Source: an uncultured Gammaproteobacteria bacterium (lineage in GTDB: Bacteria; Pseudomonadota; Gammaproteobacteria; Arenicellales; Poriferihabitantaceae). From it: a stretch of DNA of 64,000 nt. The notes under the pieces are model-generated. The model had not been told where the DNA came from. It saw only the letters and a program-made list of their open reading frames with translations, and did no database searches. Shown here piece by piece: positions 9,414-18,775 of this stretch. The stretch is taken from the NCBI GenBank assembly GCA_964403545.1, contig CAYOGN010000022.1, positions 15,495 through 79,494 of the forward strand, written 5' to 3'. Every line of letters starts with the position of its first letter. Within the stretch, counting starts at the first letter, position 1. The position numbers and the translations under genes are program-made.

Positions 9414-9944
9414 CTAGCGAAGCAGCTTCGGAATCAGCAGTTTTCTGCTTGCCCAGGCGACCAGGGTAATACCGATTATAGGCATCCATACCATTTGGAA
9501 CTCAGCCTTGAGGACAAATCCACCCCAGCGGATAAAGTGTGGTATATCCAGTGGCGAAGCGGGTAATGGGTGCCAGGGGAACAAAAATCGGTCACTGTTG
9601 ATCGGCCAGTACAGGGCAACGCCCTGACCACCCCAGGTGATGGCATCAAGTATGGCGTGAGATACAACAACCACAAAGCCAAATATCAGTGCCTGCGGTC
9701 TGTGGTCTCGAAAACACATAGCCAGTAGTAGCGCACAAATCAGGGCAAAGCCAAGGGAGTGGGTAAAGCCCCGGTGAGCGTAAACCGAATACCAGGAAAC
9801 CCCCATCTGGAGAAGGATGACATCCAGATCCGGCAGTATGGATAAGGCAATGCCAGCCCATAACAGGCGAGGTGGAATGATCCTGTTGCCAAGACTCAAT
9901 GTAATGGCGACGGGAACCAATGGATGGGTGAATATGGTAGGCAT
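9414..9944 (-). CDS. Membrane-bound metal-dependent hydrolase, YdjM-like
   Basis: 176 aa and very hydrophobic, with THP at the N-terminus, LPDLD and HRGFTHSL, as in YdjM/DUF457 proteins. Confidence 0.75.
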   Translation of the reverse strand: MPTIFTHPLVPVAITLSLGNRIIPPRLLWAGIALSILPDLDVILLQMGVSWYSVYAHRGFTHSLGFALICALLLAMCFRDHRPQALIFGFVVVVSHAILDAITWGGQGVALYWPINSDRFLFPWHPLPASPLDIPHFIRWGGFVLKAEFQMVWMPIIGITLVAWASRKLLIPKLLR

Positions 9945-10010
9945 TGTCCGGAAATTTTTCAGGCAGGTAATTTTATCGCGGTGACAGGTCTCTTTCTACA
10001 ATGTTCCCGG

Positions 10011-11327
10011 TCACAAGTTTCTGGATCTTGCGCCACGATTTTCTGCGACCCGGTCTTTAGTTTGCATCCACCAGTAACTGGCCTGCACCGCCCATTGACC
10101 AAGCCAGCCGCCATTCCAGGAAAGGTCGTATTCGGCAAAATCCAGCCAGCGCTGATCATTCTCGACAATAGCGGAGGACACCAGTAGTCCAGCCATAGCA
10201 GTTGTGTTGAGACCCTGACCACCAAACGCTGTCGCCACCCAAACCCCTGTTTGCAATTGCCTGATAACAGGCATCTTGTGGCGACAATATCCCATCAAGC
10301 CCGACCACCTGTAGTCAATTTTTACCCTGGAAAGTTCCGGGAACACATTAACCATGGATTGGTGCATAAGATTATCCAGCGCCTTTGGTGGTGTTTTCCG
10401 AGTAGTAATTTTGCCACCCCAGAGCAATCTTTGATCATCAATCAACCGATAGTAATCACAAGCGTTGGATGTATCCGATATAGCGGCCGGGGTATTGATC
10501 AACCCCGGCAAATCGCCATCAAGAGGGGTAGTGACCACCACATGGGTCGCCACCGGCACAACCGAATTCGAGACAGGTGGATAGAAGCCCTGATCATAAC
10601 CACTGGTACAGATTATGATTTTCTCCGCCTGAATCGAACCAGACTCTGTTTTGACCAGATGGCCGAATTCGGATGGCTCCAGCGTTCTGGCCCGGCTCGT
10701 TTCAAAAATCAGCCCGCCCAGATTCTCTATTTCTTTTGCCAGCGCCAGCGCATAATTGAGCGGATGGATATGAAAGCTATAGCGACTGTAAATGCCATTA
10801 AAATATCGTTGGCTTTGAATGATGGTTTTGAGATCATTGTCACTCCATACGTCCACTGAATAGTCAAATTGGTTGTTAAGGATTCTTGCCTGCTTTGTCA
10901 TTGCCGCCGTGGCCGGGTATCGGCTAACAGAGAAATGGCCTTCTCCCATCAGGCAGTGGGGTGCCAGCTGGTCGATATTATTGCGTACCAGTTGGGTGCC
11001 GAGAGCAGAATACTGATATAGCCTTTTAGCCTGTTCGATGCCGCACCGCTGAACAATGTTTTCAATATCTACTGCAAATCCTGCAGAGACAAACCCGCCA
11101 TTGCGACCCGATGCACCCCAGGCAATCCTGCCAGCTTCCACAACGATGACAGAGACGCCGGCACGGCAAAGTTCAAGTGCCACCGACAATCCCGCCAGAC
11201 CGGCACCGACCACACAGACTTCGGTCCTGTGCTGGCCAGAGACAGGTTCACGAGGTTGGTTTTCATCGCAGGTAGCCGCGTACCATGTCTGTGGATAACA
11301 AGCCGAAGGAATCAGTGCGTCGTCCAT
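10011..11327 (-). CDS. FAD-dependent oxidoreductase (DAO family, gamma-glutamylputrescine oxidase PuuB-like)
   Basis: Dinucleotide fold VCVVGAGLAGLSVALEL followed by ASGRNGGF. 438 aa. Confidence 0.8.
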   Translation of the reverse strand: MDDALIPSACYPQTWYAATCDENQPREPVSGQHRTEVCVVGAGLAGLSVALELCRAGVSVIVVEAGRIAWGASGRNGGFVSAGFAVDIENIVQRCGIEQAKRLYQYSALGTQLVRNNIDQLAPHCLMGEGHFSVSRYPATAAMTKQARILNNQFDYSVDVWSDNDLKTIIQSQRYFNGIYSRYSFHIHPLNYALALAKEIENLGGLIFETSRARTLEPSEFGHLVKTESGSIQAEKIIICTSGYDQGFYPPVSNSVVPVATHVVVTTPLDGDLPGLINTPAAISDTSNACDYYRLIDDQRLLWGGKITTRKTPPKALDNLMHQSMVNVFPELSRVKIDYRWSGLMGYCRHKMPVIRQLQTGVWVATAFGGQGLNTTAMAGLLVSSAIVENDQRWLDFAEYDLSWNGGWLGQWAVQASYWWMQTKDRVAENRGARSRNL

Positions 11328-11371
11328 ATTTTTACTATAAGGTTTTTAAAGGCCCTGATTTTCGTTTCCGA

Positions 11372-11581
11372 CTACGTTGAGGTCATAACGCCCAACCAAA
11401 CGATACCTCTGGCAACCAGTAGAACAGCAATCAGTTTTCCCAGTGGCGAGACTACGCGGTCAACTGAAATCTGCCGCAATAGCCATTGCCAGATTGCAGT
11501 GATGAACGCAATGCTATACCAGATTACGACAAAACAAATGAAGATATAGGCCCATTCAAGGCTTTGTTGTATCAGGTTCAT
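11372..11581 (-). CDS. Small two-helix membrane protein, hypothetical
   Basis: 69-aa ORF directly downstream of the oxidoreductase on the same strand, with two hydrophobic segments. I recognise no family. Confidence 0.4.
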   Translation of the reverse strand: MNLIQQSLEWAYIFICFVVIWYSIAFITAIWQWLLRQISVDRVVSPLGKLIAVLLVARGIVWLGVMTST

Positions 11582-11753
11582 CGTGCCGGGATAGAGCTGT
11601 TCTCAATAAGTTGCTGGATATATCTTTCGTTACAAGGTAGCATAACCACAGGTACAGTTGGGTGGAAAATAATAATCAGAAAATGAATCCAGCTAAAGTG
11701 AGGTGATCTTACCGGGGTTTGATAAACAACTCGGGCAACTTGCCTTATTGACC

Positions 11754-12635
11754 ATGAAAAATTTAAAGATTCGCAGCCAACTGATCATCATTTTTACCCT
11801 GATCATACTGGCTTTTAGTGCCATTTTGTTTTTTGGACTTGACCGCTACTCCAGGGATCTTGCTCTGAATACCGCGTCCGAGAAAGCTGAATTGTTACTG
11901 GCCCATCAGCGCGCCGTTCGAACCTATACTATTGAAAATGTTCGGCCATTGCTCAAGCAGTTGCAGAGTGACCAGTTTATTTCTGAACAGATCCCGGCAT
12001 TCTCTGCCCAAACAGTCATGGGGCACCTCAATAAGTCCTATCCCGGATTTGACTATCGTGAGGCGATGGAGGACCCGACCAACCCCAATGATCGCCTGCA
12101 AAAATGGGAAAAAGAGTTACTGGAGCTATATCAATCCGGCAAAGCCAGTGGCAGGCAAGCGAGGCAGCGGGTCACCAGTGGGGGTAAATTATTTTCCATT
12201 GCCGAACCGATTATTGTCACTAACCCGGCCTGTCTTGCCTGCCATGGGGACAGAGAGAATGCGCCTCCCAGTCTGTTGGCCAAGTTCCCTGGCGGGGGTG
12301 GTTTCGGTTGGCAACTGAATAGACCTCTGGGTATTCAGTCGGTCACGGTGCCCATTGAAGAGGCTACACTTAACGCCAATCAAATACGAATCAGGTTAAT
12401 TACTATTATCGGGTTCGGCCTCTTATCAACCCTGATTGCGTTGGCATTTATTGTTCACGTCAAGGTTAGTGGCCCGATAAACCAGCTTAGTCTGGCGGCC
12501 AGCAAGTTGTCTATGGGAAAAAGGGTAAATCGGGATGATTTTCCGGACAACAGTGCTGAAATGAACGACATCAAGCTTTCCTTGCGACGATTGATAGCAG
12601 CTGTCAGCAGGAAATTACAGCAAAAGAACCGCTGA
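11754..12635 (+). CDS. DUF3365 (Tll0287-like) c-type haem sensor domain protein with TM helix and HAMP-like tail
   Basis: CLACH haem-binding motif, N-terminal TM, a second TM (IIGFGLLSTLIALAFIV) and a short amphipathic tail. The ATG is at 11754 and no output domain follows. Confidence 0.7.
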   Translation: MKNLKIRSQLIIIFTLIILAFSAILFFGLDRYSRDLALNTASEKAELLLAHQRAVRTYTIENVRPLLKQLQSDQFISEQIPAFSAQTVMGHLNKSYPGFDYREAMEDPTNPNDRLQKWEKELLELYQSGKASGRQARQRVTSGGKLFSIAEPIIVTNPACLACHGDRENAPPSLLAKFPGGGGFGWQLNRPLGIQSVTVPIEEATLNANQIRIRLITIIGFGLLSTLIALAFIVHVKVSGPINQLSLAASKLSMGKRVNRDDFPDNSAEMNDIKLSLRRLIAAVSRKLQQKNR

Positions 12636-12952
12636 CAGCGCGATCAGAGAGTGATGCCATTAGCCCTTTAACTGTCTGTTGCACTTTTCAGCTAATCTTG
12701 GGTTCCTGTGGTCGGAATTGCCACGGGTAGCAAGGATTCATGCCGCCAGTCGGGCTAACTTTTCTGCCGTGGTATGCCACTGGCCTTATGACACCAATGC
12801 TGCGGAAGTAAAAGATGCACACTACAGGTAAAGGGTTTTGAGATGCTGGTGACGAATACAGAGCCAGGGGATTTGTCAGCCGGTGAATTTGGTCTCGCTG
12901 GTGTTCCCGGAAAGCAGAGGGCTGCGATACCTCATTGCCCGCGGCAGCATGC

Positions 12953-14551
12953 TCAGAAAAGATCGGATTGCAGGAATCCTGCCTCCTGAAGCAAGTATAA
13001 CCCCTTGACCCGGCCAGGATCAATTCGGAGCATGGCCAATGCACTGTCGGGAGCGATTCGTACGTACAAGGTGTTTTTACCTTCGTTTACTCTGACAATG
13101 ATGCTTTTATCCTGAGAGAAATTTGGCTCGTTGCGGGTCGTGTACAGGATCATCAGTTTGTCTTTTACTCTGTTGGAAATAACAATTTTCAGGGTGATGG
13201 CTGTATTGATATCCTTAAGCGCACTTTTGTCGATCACGATATAGGGGTCGGTAGTGTCTGCATGAATCTCCAATCCTGAAGGAGACGATTTCAGGGTGCA
13301 GTTAAAACATTTCACAGTTTCCGGAGTCAACGCAAAATACCGGGCGTGTTCGCCGTTAGCCAGGTACTGCTTCGCCAGATATTGATTCACCATTTCCCGA
13401 TGATGAGGAAATGAAGTTGACAGCTCCCTTTCTACCCGAAGATATACCACCAAATCCGGTTTGAGGTCGAATATCAAATCCTGTAGCTCTAATGCAGTGC
13501 CATGCTTCACCGATATTGTTGTTGCAAAATGTTCCGCCAGAAGTGGTAGCAAAGGAATACCAAATGAATCATGAATAAACAGCAGTTTCTTTTTTCCAGC
13601 GCCACATTTATACTCGATAGCGTTCTGTTCGGAGTTGAAACCGTAATTTGTAAGCGGAATTGTGCGGACTTTGCTGGCACATATATTTCGTTGTCGAAGG
13701 AGTATTGCGGGTTCGGTAAAATAATCTGCATACCCTACCATGCCGACCAGATCGCCCACAGTATCCATTTCTTCGTAGTCGAACATTCCATCGGATTTTG
13801 CTTCTGGAATATTCGGATAGTATTCTCTACCCCAGTTCACAATGTGTCGATAAACAGGGAGAAATCCGTTTTGATTCCAGTGGGTATCAGTGCGCCAGTA
13901 TACTTTTCCGTTTTTCTTGAGTGCCGATAGCTGTGGCCTGAGATCATGAAACCCCAAAATATTTTTATCTTTCAGGTATCCCGTAAATTGATCAAAAATA
14001 GTTTCTCCCGCTTTTTGTTGTATTTTATAGGGTAAAAATTCCGGATGTATCGACTGTTTGTTGGGAGCTACCAGCATTTCGTATTGAATGCCCTGCTGAT
14101 GTAATTTGCTCACCAGGGCCATATGATTGACGTACCATTTATCAAGTGACTGGAGCGTAAACTTGTACAATCCCTGAAAATCTGATTCTGCGCTCAACTT
14201 ATTGCTGCTCGGCCCCCAGAAGTAAATCCATCTCTGTTTTCCAATGAGGGCCCAGATGTTAGGGGAGACACCAAACAGAACGACCTTGACAGCACTGTTG
14301 GCGGTGATAGCAGCCTCTCTGAAACCAATATGATCATTGACATATGCTTCTGCCTGATTTCTGAATGCAGTCAGGTTAGCGAACAGTAGTGATCTTTCGG
14401 GTTTTTCAGCTAACGCGCGTTTTTCTGTTAGGGATATCTTTTTGTCGGGTGAAAAAATGAGGATGCCCGGCGGTATGGTTAGCGCGAGGATAAACATAAT
14501 TATAGTCAGTCTGTTCGCCCATGCCGGCTGCACAATGTTAGCGTTGGACAT
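12953..14551 (-). CDS. AlgX/AlgJ-like SGNH-type O-acyltransferase partner protein
   Basis: N-terminal anchor helix and the signature YWRTDTHWNQNG (the DxHW motif of AlgJ/AlgX). The ATG at 14551 lies 3 nt after the MBOAT stop. An extra C-terminal domain of about 150 aa is present. Confidence 0.75.
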   Translation of the reverse strand: MSNANIVQPAWANRLTIIMFILALTIPPGILIFSPDKKISLTEKRALAEKPERSLLFANLTAFRNQAEAYVNDHIGFREAAITANSAVKVVLFGVSPNIWALIGKQRWIYFWGPSSNKLSAESDFQGLYKFTLQSLDKWYVNHMALVSKLHQQGIQYEMLVAPNKQSIHPEFLPYKIQQKAGETIFDQFTGYLKDKNILGFHDLRPQLSALKKNGKVYWRTDTHWNQNGFLPVYRHIVNWGREYYPNIPEAKSDGMFDYEEMDTVGDLVGMVGYADYFTEPAILLRQRNICASKVRTIPLTNYGFNSEQNAIEYKCGAGKKKLLFIHDSFGIPLLPLLAEHFATTISVKHGTALELQDLIFDLKPDLVVYLRVERELSTSFPHHREMVNQYLAKQYLANGEHARYFALTPETVKCFNCTLKSSPSGLEIHADTTDPYIVIDKSALKDINTAITLKIVISNRVKDKLMILYTTRNEPNFSQDKSIIVRVNEGKNTLYVRIAPDSALAMLRIDPGRVKGLYLLQEAGFLQSDLF

Positions 14552-14554
14552 CAC

Positions 14555-15997
14555 TCAAAACCGGAAATAGATAAATGGATTATGACTGCCCGCGATCAAA
14601 TGCACCGATGACATAAATAGAATCGAGGTAATTGCCAGGAGCTTGACCGAATATGCCAACCAATGTTGAGGCGTAATATATTCACTGGATAGTACGGGAT
14701 TGAAATTGACCGCTGTATTTTTTACCCAGGGCAATATCGGGATGGAGAACATAACCGCGAAGATAAATACGGTTAACCGTTCATAGTTAAAAAACAGGTC
14801 AAATTCAAATAACTGACCTTCATTGGATGAGGTCATTGCCGCCAGATAATCCAGTGCACCGGGTAATGTCTCGACACGAAAGAATACCCAGCCAATCATC
14901 ACTACCAGCAGTACGTAACCATGTCTGATCGGCCTCCACACCTTATCCAGCCTTTTCTTGAGGCCAACCCGTTCAATAACCAGAAAAGCCCCATGCAGTG
15001 CGCCCCAAACGAGAAAATTCCAGCTGGCACCATGCCAGAGGCCACACAACAGAAATACAATCAGCAAATTAACATAGGTTCGCCTGACGCCGAGCCGGCT
15101 TCCGCCTAACGGGATGTAGAGAAAATCTCGAAACCAGTTGGACAACGAGATATGCCATCGCCGCCAGAATTCCTGTATTGATTGGGAAATATAGGGGTAA
15201 TTAAAGTTCTCCAGAAATCTGAAGCCAAACATTCGACCCAGCCCAATGGCCATATCCGAATATCCGGAAAAATCGAAATATATTTGCAGCGTATAGCAAG
15301 CCACTCCATTCCAGGCCACAGATGTCGAGATACTATCCGGAGACAATGCAAATATTTCATCCGCCACCGCCCCCAATGGATTGGCCAGCAGGACTTTTTT
15401 CCCGAGACCAATTATAAAACGCTCGATGCCATAGGAATAATCGCTGATTTTTACAAGTCGGGTAGTCAGCTGGGAAGCGATATCCCGATAGCGGACGATG
15501 GGCCCTGCGATCAGTTGGGGAAACAATGCAATATAGAGCCCAACATTGAGAGGGTTGGTTTGTGCTGGTGATACACGCCGATATACCTCAATGACATAGG
15601 ACATCGCCTGAAATGTGAAAAAAGATATGCCAATGGGCAGATGGATCTGGTCGACGGTTAACAACGGCATGTTCTCTACCGATGCCAGTGTATTAATGTT
15701 TTCGACAACAAAATTGAAATACTTGAATACCACCAGTAACAGCAAATTGGACGCAATCGCCAGGCTGAGCCAGGGTTTTCTGTTTCGCTGACTACCGATC
15801 TCCAGCTTCATGGCGAAGCCATAATTCATCGCGATAGACAGCAGCATAATAAGGATATATATCCCTTCTCCCCAGGCGTAGAAACAAAGGCTTGCGAGGA
15901 GCAATATGTTGTTGCGCCAGCTGTTTGGCGCAATCCAGTGAATCAGTAATACCGCGGGAAGAAAAAAGAACAGAAAAAGTATCGAACTAAAAACCAT
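14555..15997 (-). CDS. MBOAT-family membrane O-acyltransferase (AlgI/DltB-like)
   Basis: 480 aa and polytopic. FWRRWHISLSNWFRDFLYIPLGGSR and the LWHG motif are typical of AlgI/DltB. Confidence 0.9.
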   Translation of the reverse strand: MVFSSILFLFFFLPAVLLIHWIAPNSWRNNILLLASLCFYAWGEGIYILIMLLSIAMNYGFAMKLEIGSQRNRKPWLSLAIASNLLLLVVFKYFNFVVENINTLASVENMPLLTVDQIHLPIGISFFTFQAMSYVIEVYRRVSPAQTNPLNVGLYIALFPQLIAGPIVRYRDIASQLTTRLVKISDYSYGIERFIIGLGKKVLLANPLGAVADEIFALSPDSISTSVAWNGVACYTLQIYFDFSGYSDMAIGLGRMFGFRFLENFNYPYISQSIQEFWRRWHISLSNWFRDFLYIPLGGSRLGVRRTYVNLLIVFLLCGLWHGASWNFLVWGALHGAFLVIERVGLKKRLDKVWRPIRHGYVLLVVMIGWVFFRVETLPGALDYLAAMTSSNEGQLFEFDLFFNYERLTVFIFAVMFSIPILPWVKNTAVNFNPVLSSEYITPQHWLAYSVKLLAITSILFMSSVHLIAGSHNPFIYFRF

Positions 15998-16053
15998 CTC
16001 AATGTGGTAATTGGGCTATAACACCCCGATCAAATAGTGTAGTTTCTCCAGCC

Positions 16054-16359
16054 ATGAAAAAAATCATCACGATCAGTAATATCTTTTCAGCATTGCCCGC
16101 TATCATCGTGGTGCCACTGGTACCGTTTATTTTTATCCTGATCGATGGAGAAGGCAAAATACCCGGTTATTTGCACGAGTATGCAGTCCGCATTTTGATG
16201 ATTGCTTATCCGGCATCACTCATTGCCTGTCTGCCGGGATCGATCAAGCTGATGCGCCTCGGTTCATTGCAGTCTGCATTGGCCGTGAGTCTGCTGCCAC
16301 TATTGGTATTCTTTTTGCTGTTCGGTTTCTTTTATTTCGGTGGCGTAGTCTTACGCTAG
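16054..16359 (+). CDS. Small hydrophobic membrane protein, hypothetical
   Basis: 101-aa ORF with 3 predicted helices, divergent from the MBOAT gene. Confidence 0.45.
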   Translation: MKKIITISNIFSALPAIIVVPLVPFIFILIDGEGKIPGYLHEYAVRILMIAYPASLIACLPGSIKLMRLGSLQSALAVSLLPLLVFFLLFGFFYFGGVVLR

Positions 16360-16381
16360 CGCGGTATATCAATTATTTTAC

Positions 16382-17365
16382 TTAGCGTAGACTCCAACTC
16401 GCCTCAAGCAGGGCATTGGAACCTATCACGCCAATGCTGCGGGCAAACTGATCAAGGAGTGACAGCTCGGGATTGTAAATTACCACCCGCTCTGTCCCGA
16501 TAACGTCTCTTGCCACTTCATCTACACCGCCAAAGGCATCGACCAAACCAAGCGTTCTGGCTTTTTCACCGCTCCAGAATAAGCCGCTAAACAAATCCTG
16601 GTCCAGATCAAGACGATCGCCCCGACCCTGTTTAACCGCCTCAATAAACTGCTGATGTACCTCGGCAATCATGGTCTCGGCATGGATTAACTGGTCTGGA
16701 GCAAGGGGTGAGAATGGATCCAGCATGCCTTTATTTTTACCTGCAGTAATTAACCTGCGCTCGATTCCGATCTTATCCATTGCATCGACAAAGCCGAATG
16801 TGTCCATACGAACACCGATGGATCCTACGATGCTGGATGGATGAGCGTAAATCTGGTCTGCTGCTACCGCTACATAATACCCCCCCGAGGCACACACATC
16901 TGATACTACGACATAAAATGGTTTGCCAGGGTACAGTGCTTTCAGTCGACGAATCTCCGCATTAATTTTTGCCGCTTGTACAGGGGTTCCACCAGGGCTG
17001 TTGATTCGCATGATGACTCCCACCGCTTTGGATGCTTCAAATGCACGTCGAAGGCTGTCGTTGATATCATCCGCATTGGTTGCATTGGGCGCAATCAGGC
17101 CTTCCAGTTCGACCAGCGCCGTATGGTCCCCCGCTATGTTCTGCTCACCACTTTGAAACCAGATCAGTAACGTTGCTCCCAGGTACACTACTATCAGACC
17201 CTTAAAGAACCAGCCCCAGCGACGTCGTGATTTGCGCTCCTTAAGGTAATCCCGGGCCAGCATGGTGAGTATTCGTGTGTTGTCCGCATTGTTGCGGTTG
17301 GCAGCCTCAATCGCGCTCACCATTTCATTCTCGGTCGCCGTTTGTGGGGGCTTGTTACCAAACAT
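16382..17365 (-). CDS. sppA: Signal peptide peptidase SppA, 36K type (S49)
   Basis: TM anchor followed by the S49 motifs INSPGG and ASGGYYVA. Confidence 0.9.
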   Translation of the reverse strand: MFGNKPPQTATENEMVSAIEAANRNNADNTRILTMLARDYLKERKSRRRWGWFFKGLIVVYLGATLLIWFQSGEQNIAGDHTALVELEGLIAPNATNADDINDSLRRAFEASKAVGVIMRINSPGGTPVQAAKINAEIRRLKALYPGKPFYVVVSDVCASGGYYVAVAADQIYAHPSSIVGSIGVRMDTFGFVDAMDKIGIERRLITAGKNKGMLDPFSPLAPDQLIHAETMIAEVHQQFIEAVKQGRGDRLDLDQDLFSGLFWSGEKARTLGLVDAFGGVDEVARDVIGTERVVIYNPELSLLDQFARSIGVIGSNALLEASWSLR

Positions 17366-17401
17366 ATCGTAATCTGGAAATAGTGAAGCTAATATGGCAG
17401 G

Positions 17402-17959
17402 TTAACGTGGTAGTGGAGTAGCCGCAAATTCGGGCACCTTATTCGCTGCTTCCAGCAAACCTTTCAGGTTATCCAGCCCATCGAGATTGATGCGGTTGCG
17501 AAACAGGGCCCAATCCAGGAAGCAGCTGCATCGCAACTCGCTGTCCCGAACGACCCCCTGTTGCGGATCAAAGCGGCGATTAAGTTCTGTCAGCCCAATT
17601 TCTACTCGGCGTTTATGGCGACCCAGATATTTGATTTGTTCAGGAGTAAATCCTTCCAGTTCGAGTAAAAACAGATTGATCGATGTATCGATCAATGTAT
17701 TGGTCATCGCGAACAATTCGTAATCTTCAAGTTCTTCGAGAAATTTCCGGCCTGATTTTTCTCTGGCATACTTGACTATAGAACTTGAGTCAAACAGATT
17801 CAGTTCTCCATCACTAAAATACGGGACCTTGCTGGTGGGCGATTTTTCAGCGCTAACGACTGCATCAACCTCAATAAACTCAAATTCAAAGCCACCTTGC
17901 ATTAGTGCTATCCGCGCATGGCGTACATAGGGCGAGGTATAACTGCCGTAAAGCTTCAT
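17402..17959 (-). CDS. Glutathione S-transferase-like protein
   Basis: The N-terminal thioredoxin-like GST fold (MKLYGSYTSPYVRHARIAL ... VPYFSDG ... DSSSIVKY) is followed by a helical C-terminal domain. Confidence 0.7.
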   Translation of the reverse strand: MKLYGSYTSPYVRHARIALMQGGFEFEFIEVDAVVSAEKSPTSKVPYFSDGELNLFDSSSIVKYAREKSGRKFLEELEDYELFAMTNTLIDTSINLFLLELEGFTPEQIKYLGRHKRRVEIGLTELNRRFDPQQGVVRDSELRCSCFLDWALFRNRINLDGLDNLKGLLEAANKVPEFAATPLPR

Positions 17960-18012
17960 AAAATTATCCGGTTAAATTAAATTCAGTGCGAGTTTACCAG
18001 AGGAATAGGGGC

Positions 18013-18645
18013 TTAACGCTTTTGTGCCCTGTCCAGTTGCGCTTTACACGAGGCAAGTTGAGCGCCGTAGTTTCGAGCTCTGGCCTCAACCTTTCGCGCG
18101 GTGCTGATTAGCCATGATTTGTTCTTATAGGTACCGCGCCGGTATCCACCCTGACCCTCATGATAATTCAGGTAATGTGCGTAGGCATCGTTTTTTTCCA
18201 CCCGATTTATTTTCCAGCTCTGGTGCATGTACCACTGGATAAAATCAATGGCATCGGAGAATTTATCACGCTGACTAAATATGCTTCCTGCATCACGGCG
18301 ATAACTTGACCAGGTACTATTCAGTGCCTGAGGATAACCATAGGCATCGCTGGCACGACCATATGGAATAATGCCGAGAAAGAATCGTATGGGTGGCTTA
18401 GCCTGGGCCCGGAATGCGGATTCCTGTGCCATGATTGCCATTGGTACATTGAGCGGGCCACCCCAGCGTTTTGCTGCAGTCAATGAATCGGCATACCAAT
18501 CGGGGTTCTGGCGGTAAATCGCACACAAATTGCCCTGATTGGTTGGCGGTCCACTCGCACAGCTCGCAAGTACCAGCGACATCAGGAAAGCCAATGCCGA
18601 AGACGCAGTTTTACGGTAAATTATCGAAACCTGGAAACGAGTCAT
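18013..18645 (-). CDS. Lipoprotein with lysozyme-like (SLT-type) domain
   Basis: Lipobox LVLASC. MAQESAF provides a Glu-Ser motif as in lytic transglycosylases, and GYPQAL is present. Confidence 0.55.
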   Translation of the reverse strand: MTRFQVSIIYRKTASSALAFLMSLVLASCASGPPTNQGNLCAIYRQNPDWYADSLTAAKRWGGPLNVPMAIMAQESAFRAQAKPPIRFFLGIIPYGRASDAYGYPQALNSTWSSYRRDAGSIFSQRDKFSDAIDFIQWYMHQSWKINRVEKNDAYAHYLNYHEGQGGYRRGTYKNKSWLISTARKVEARARNYGAQLASCKAQLDRAQKR

Positions 18646-18775
18646 AGTTCCGGGTTTATAGCATAGTCACAAGCTAACCCAATGCTGACCCGGGGCAGGA
18701 TTCAGGTTACCGTGCCGGATTCGACAACCTGATTTCCCATTACTTAAAAAATATTGAAAAGGTCCGGAATTCTGC

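Noticed and set aside
10251-10859. 202-aa plus-strand ORF.
   Set aside because: It is antisense to the FAD oxidoreductase, with an Arg/His-rich shadow-frame composition.
12700-12900. Fragments reminiscent of a cobalamin riboswitch (GGTTCCTGTGGTC, GCCACTGG, AGCCAGGGGA...GTCAGCC).
   Set aside because: The core GGGAA...GGTG...CCCGC...CTGT elements are not present in the right order. The region is a tail-to-tail gap with no downstream gene on that strand to regulate. A covariance-model scan would settle it.
12688-13044. 118-aa minus-strand ORF overlapping the 3' end of the AlgX/J-like gene.
   Set aside because: It overlaps a supported gene out of frame, and the remainder lies in a non-coding gap. 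It has no motifs.
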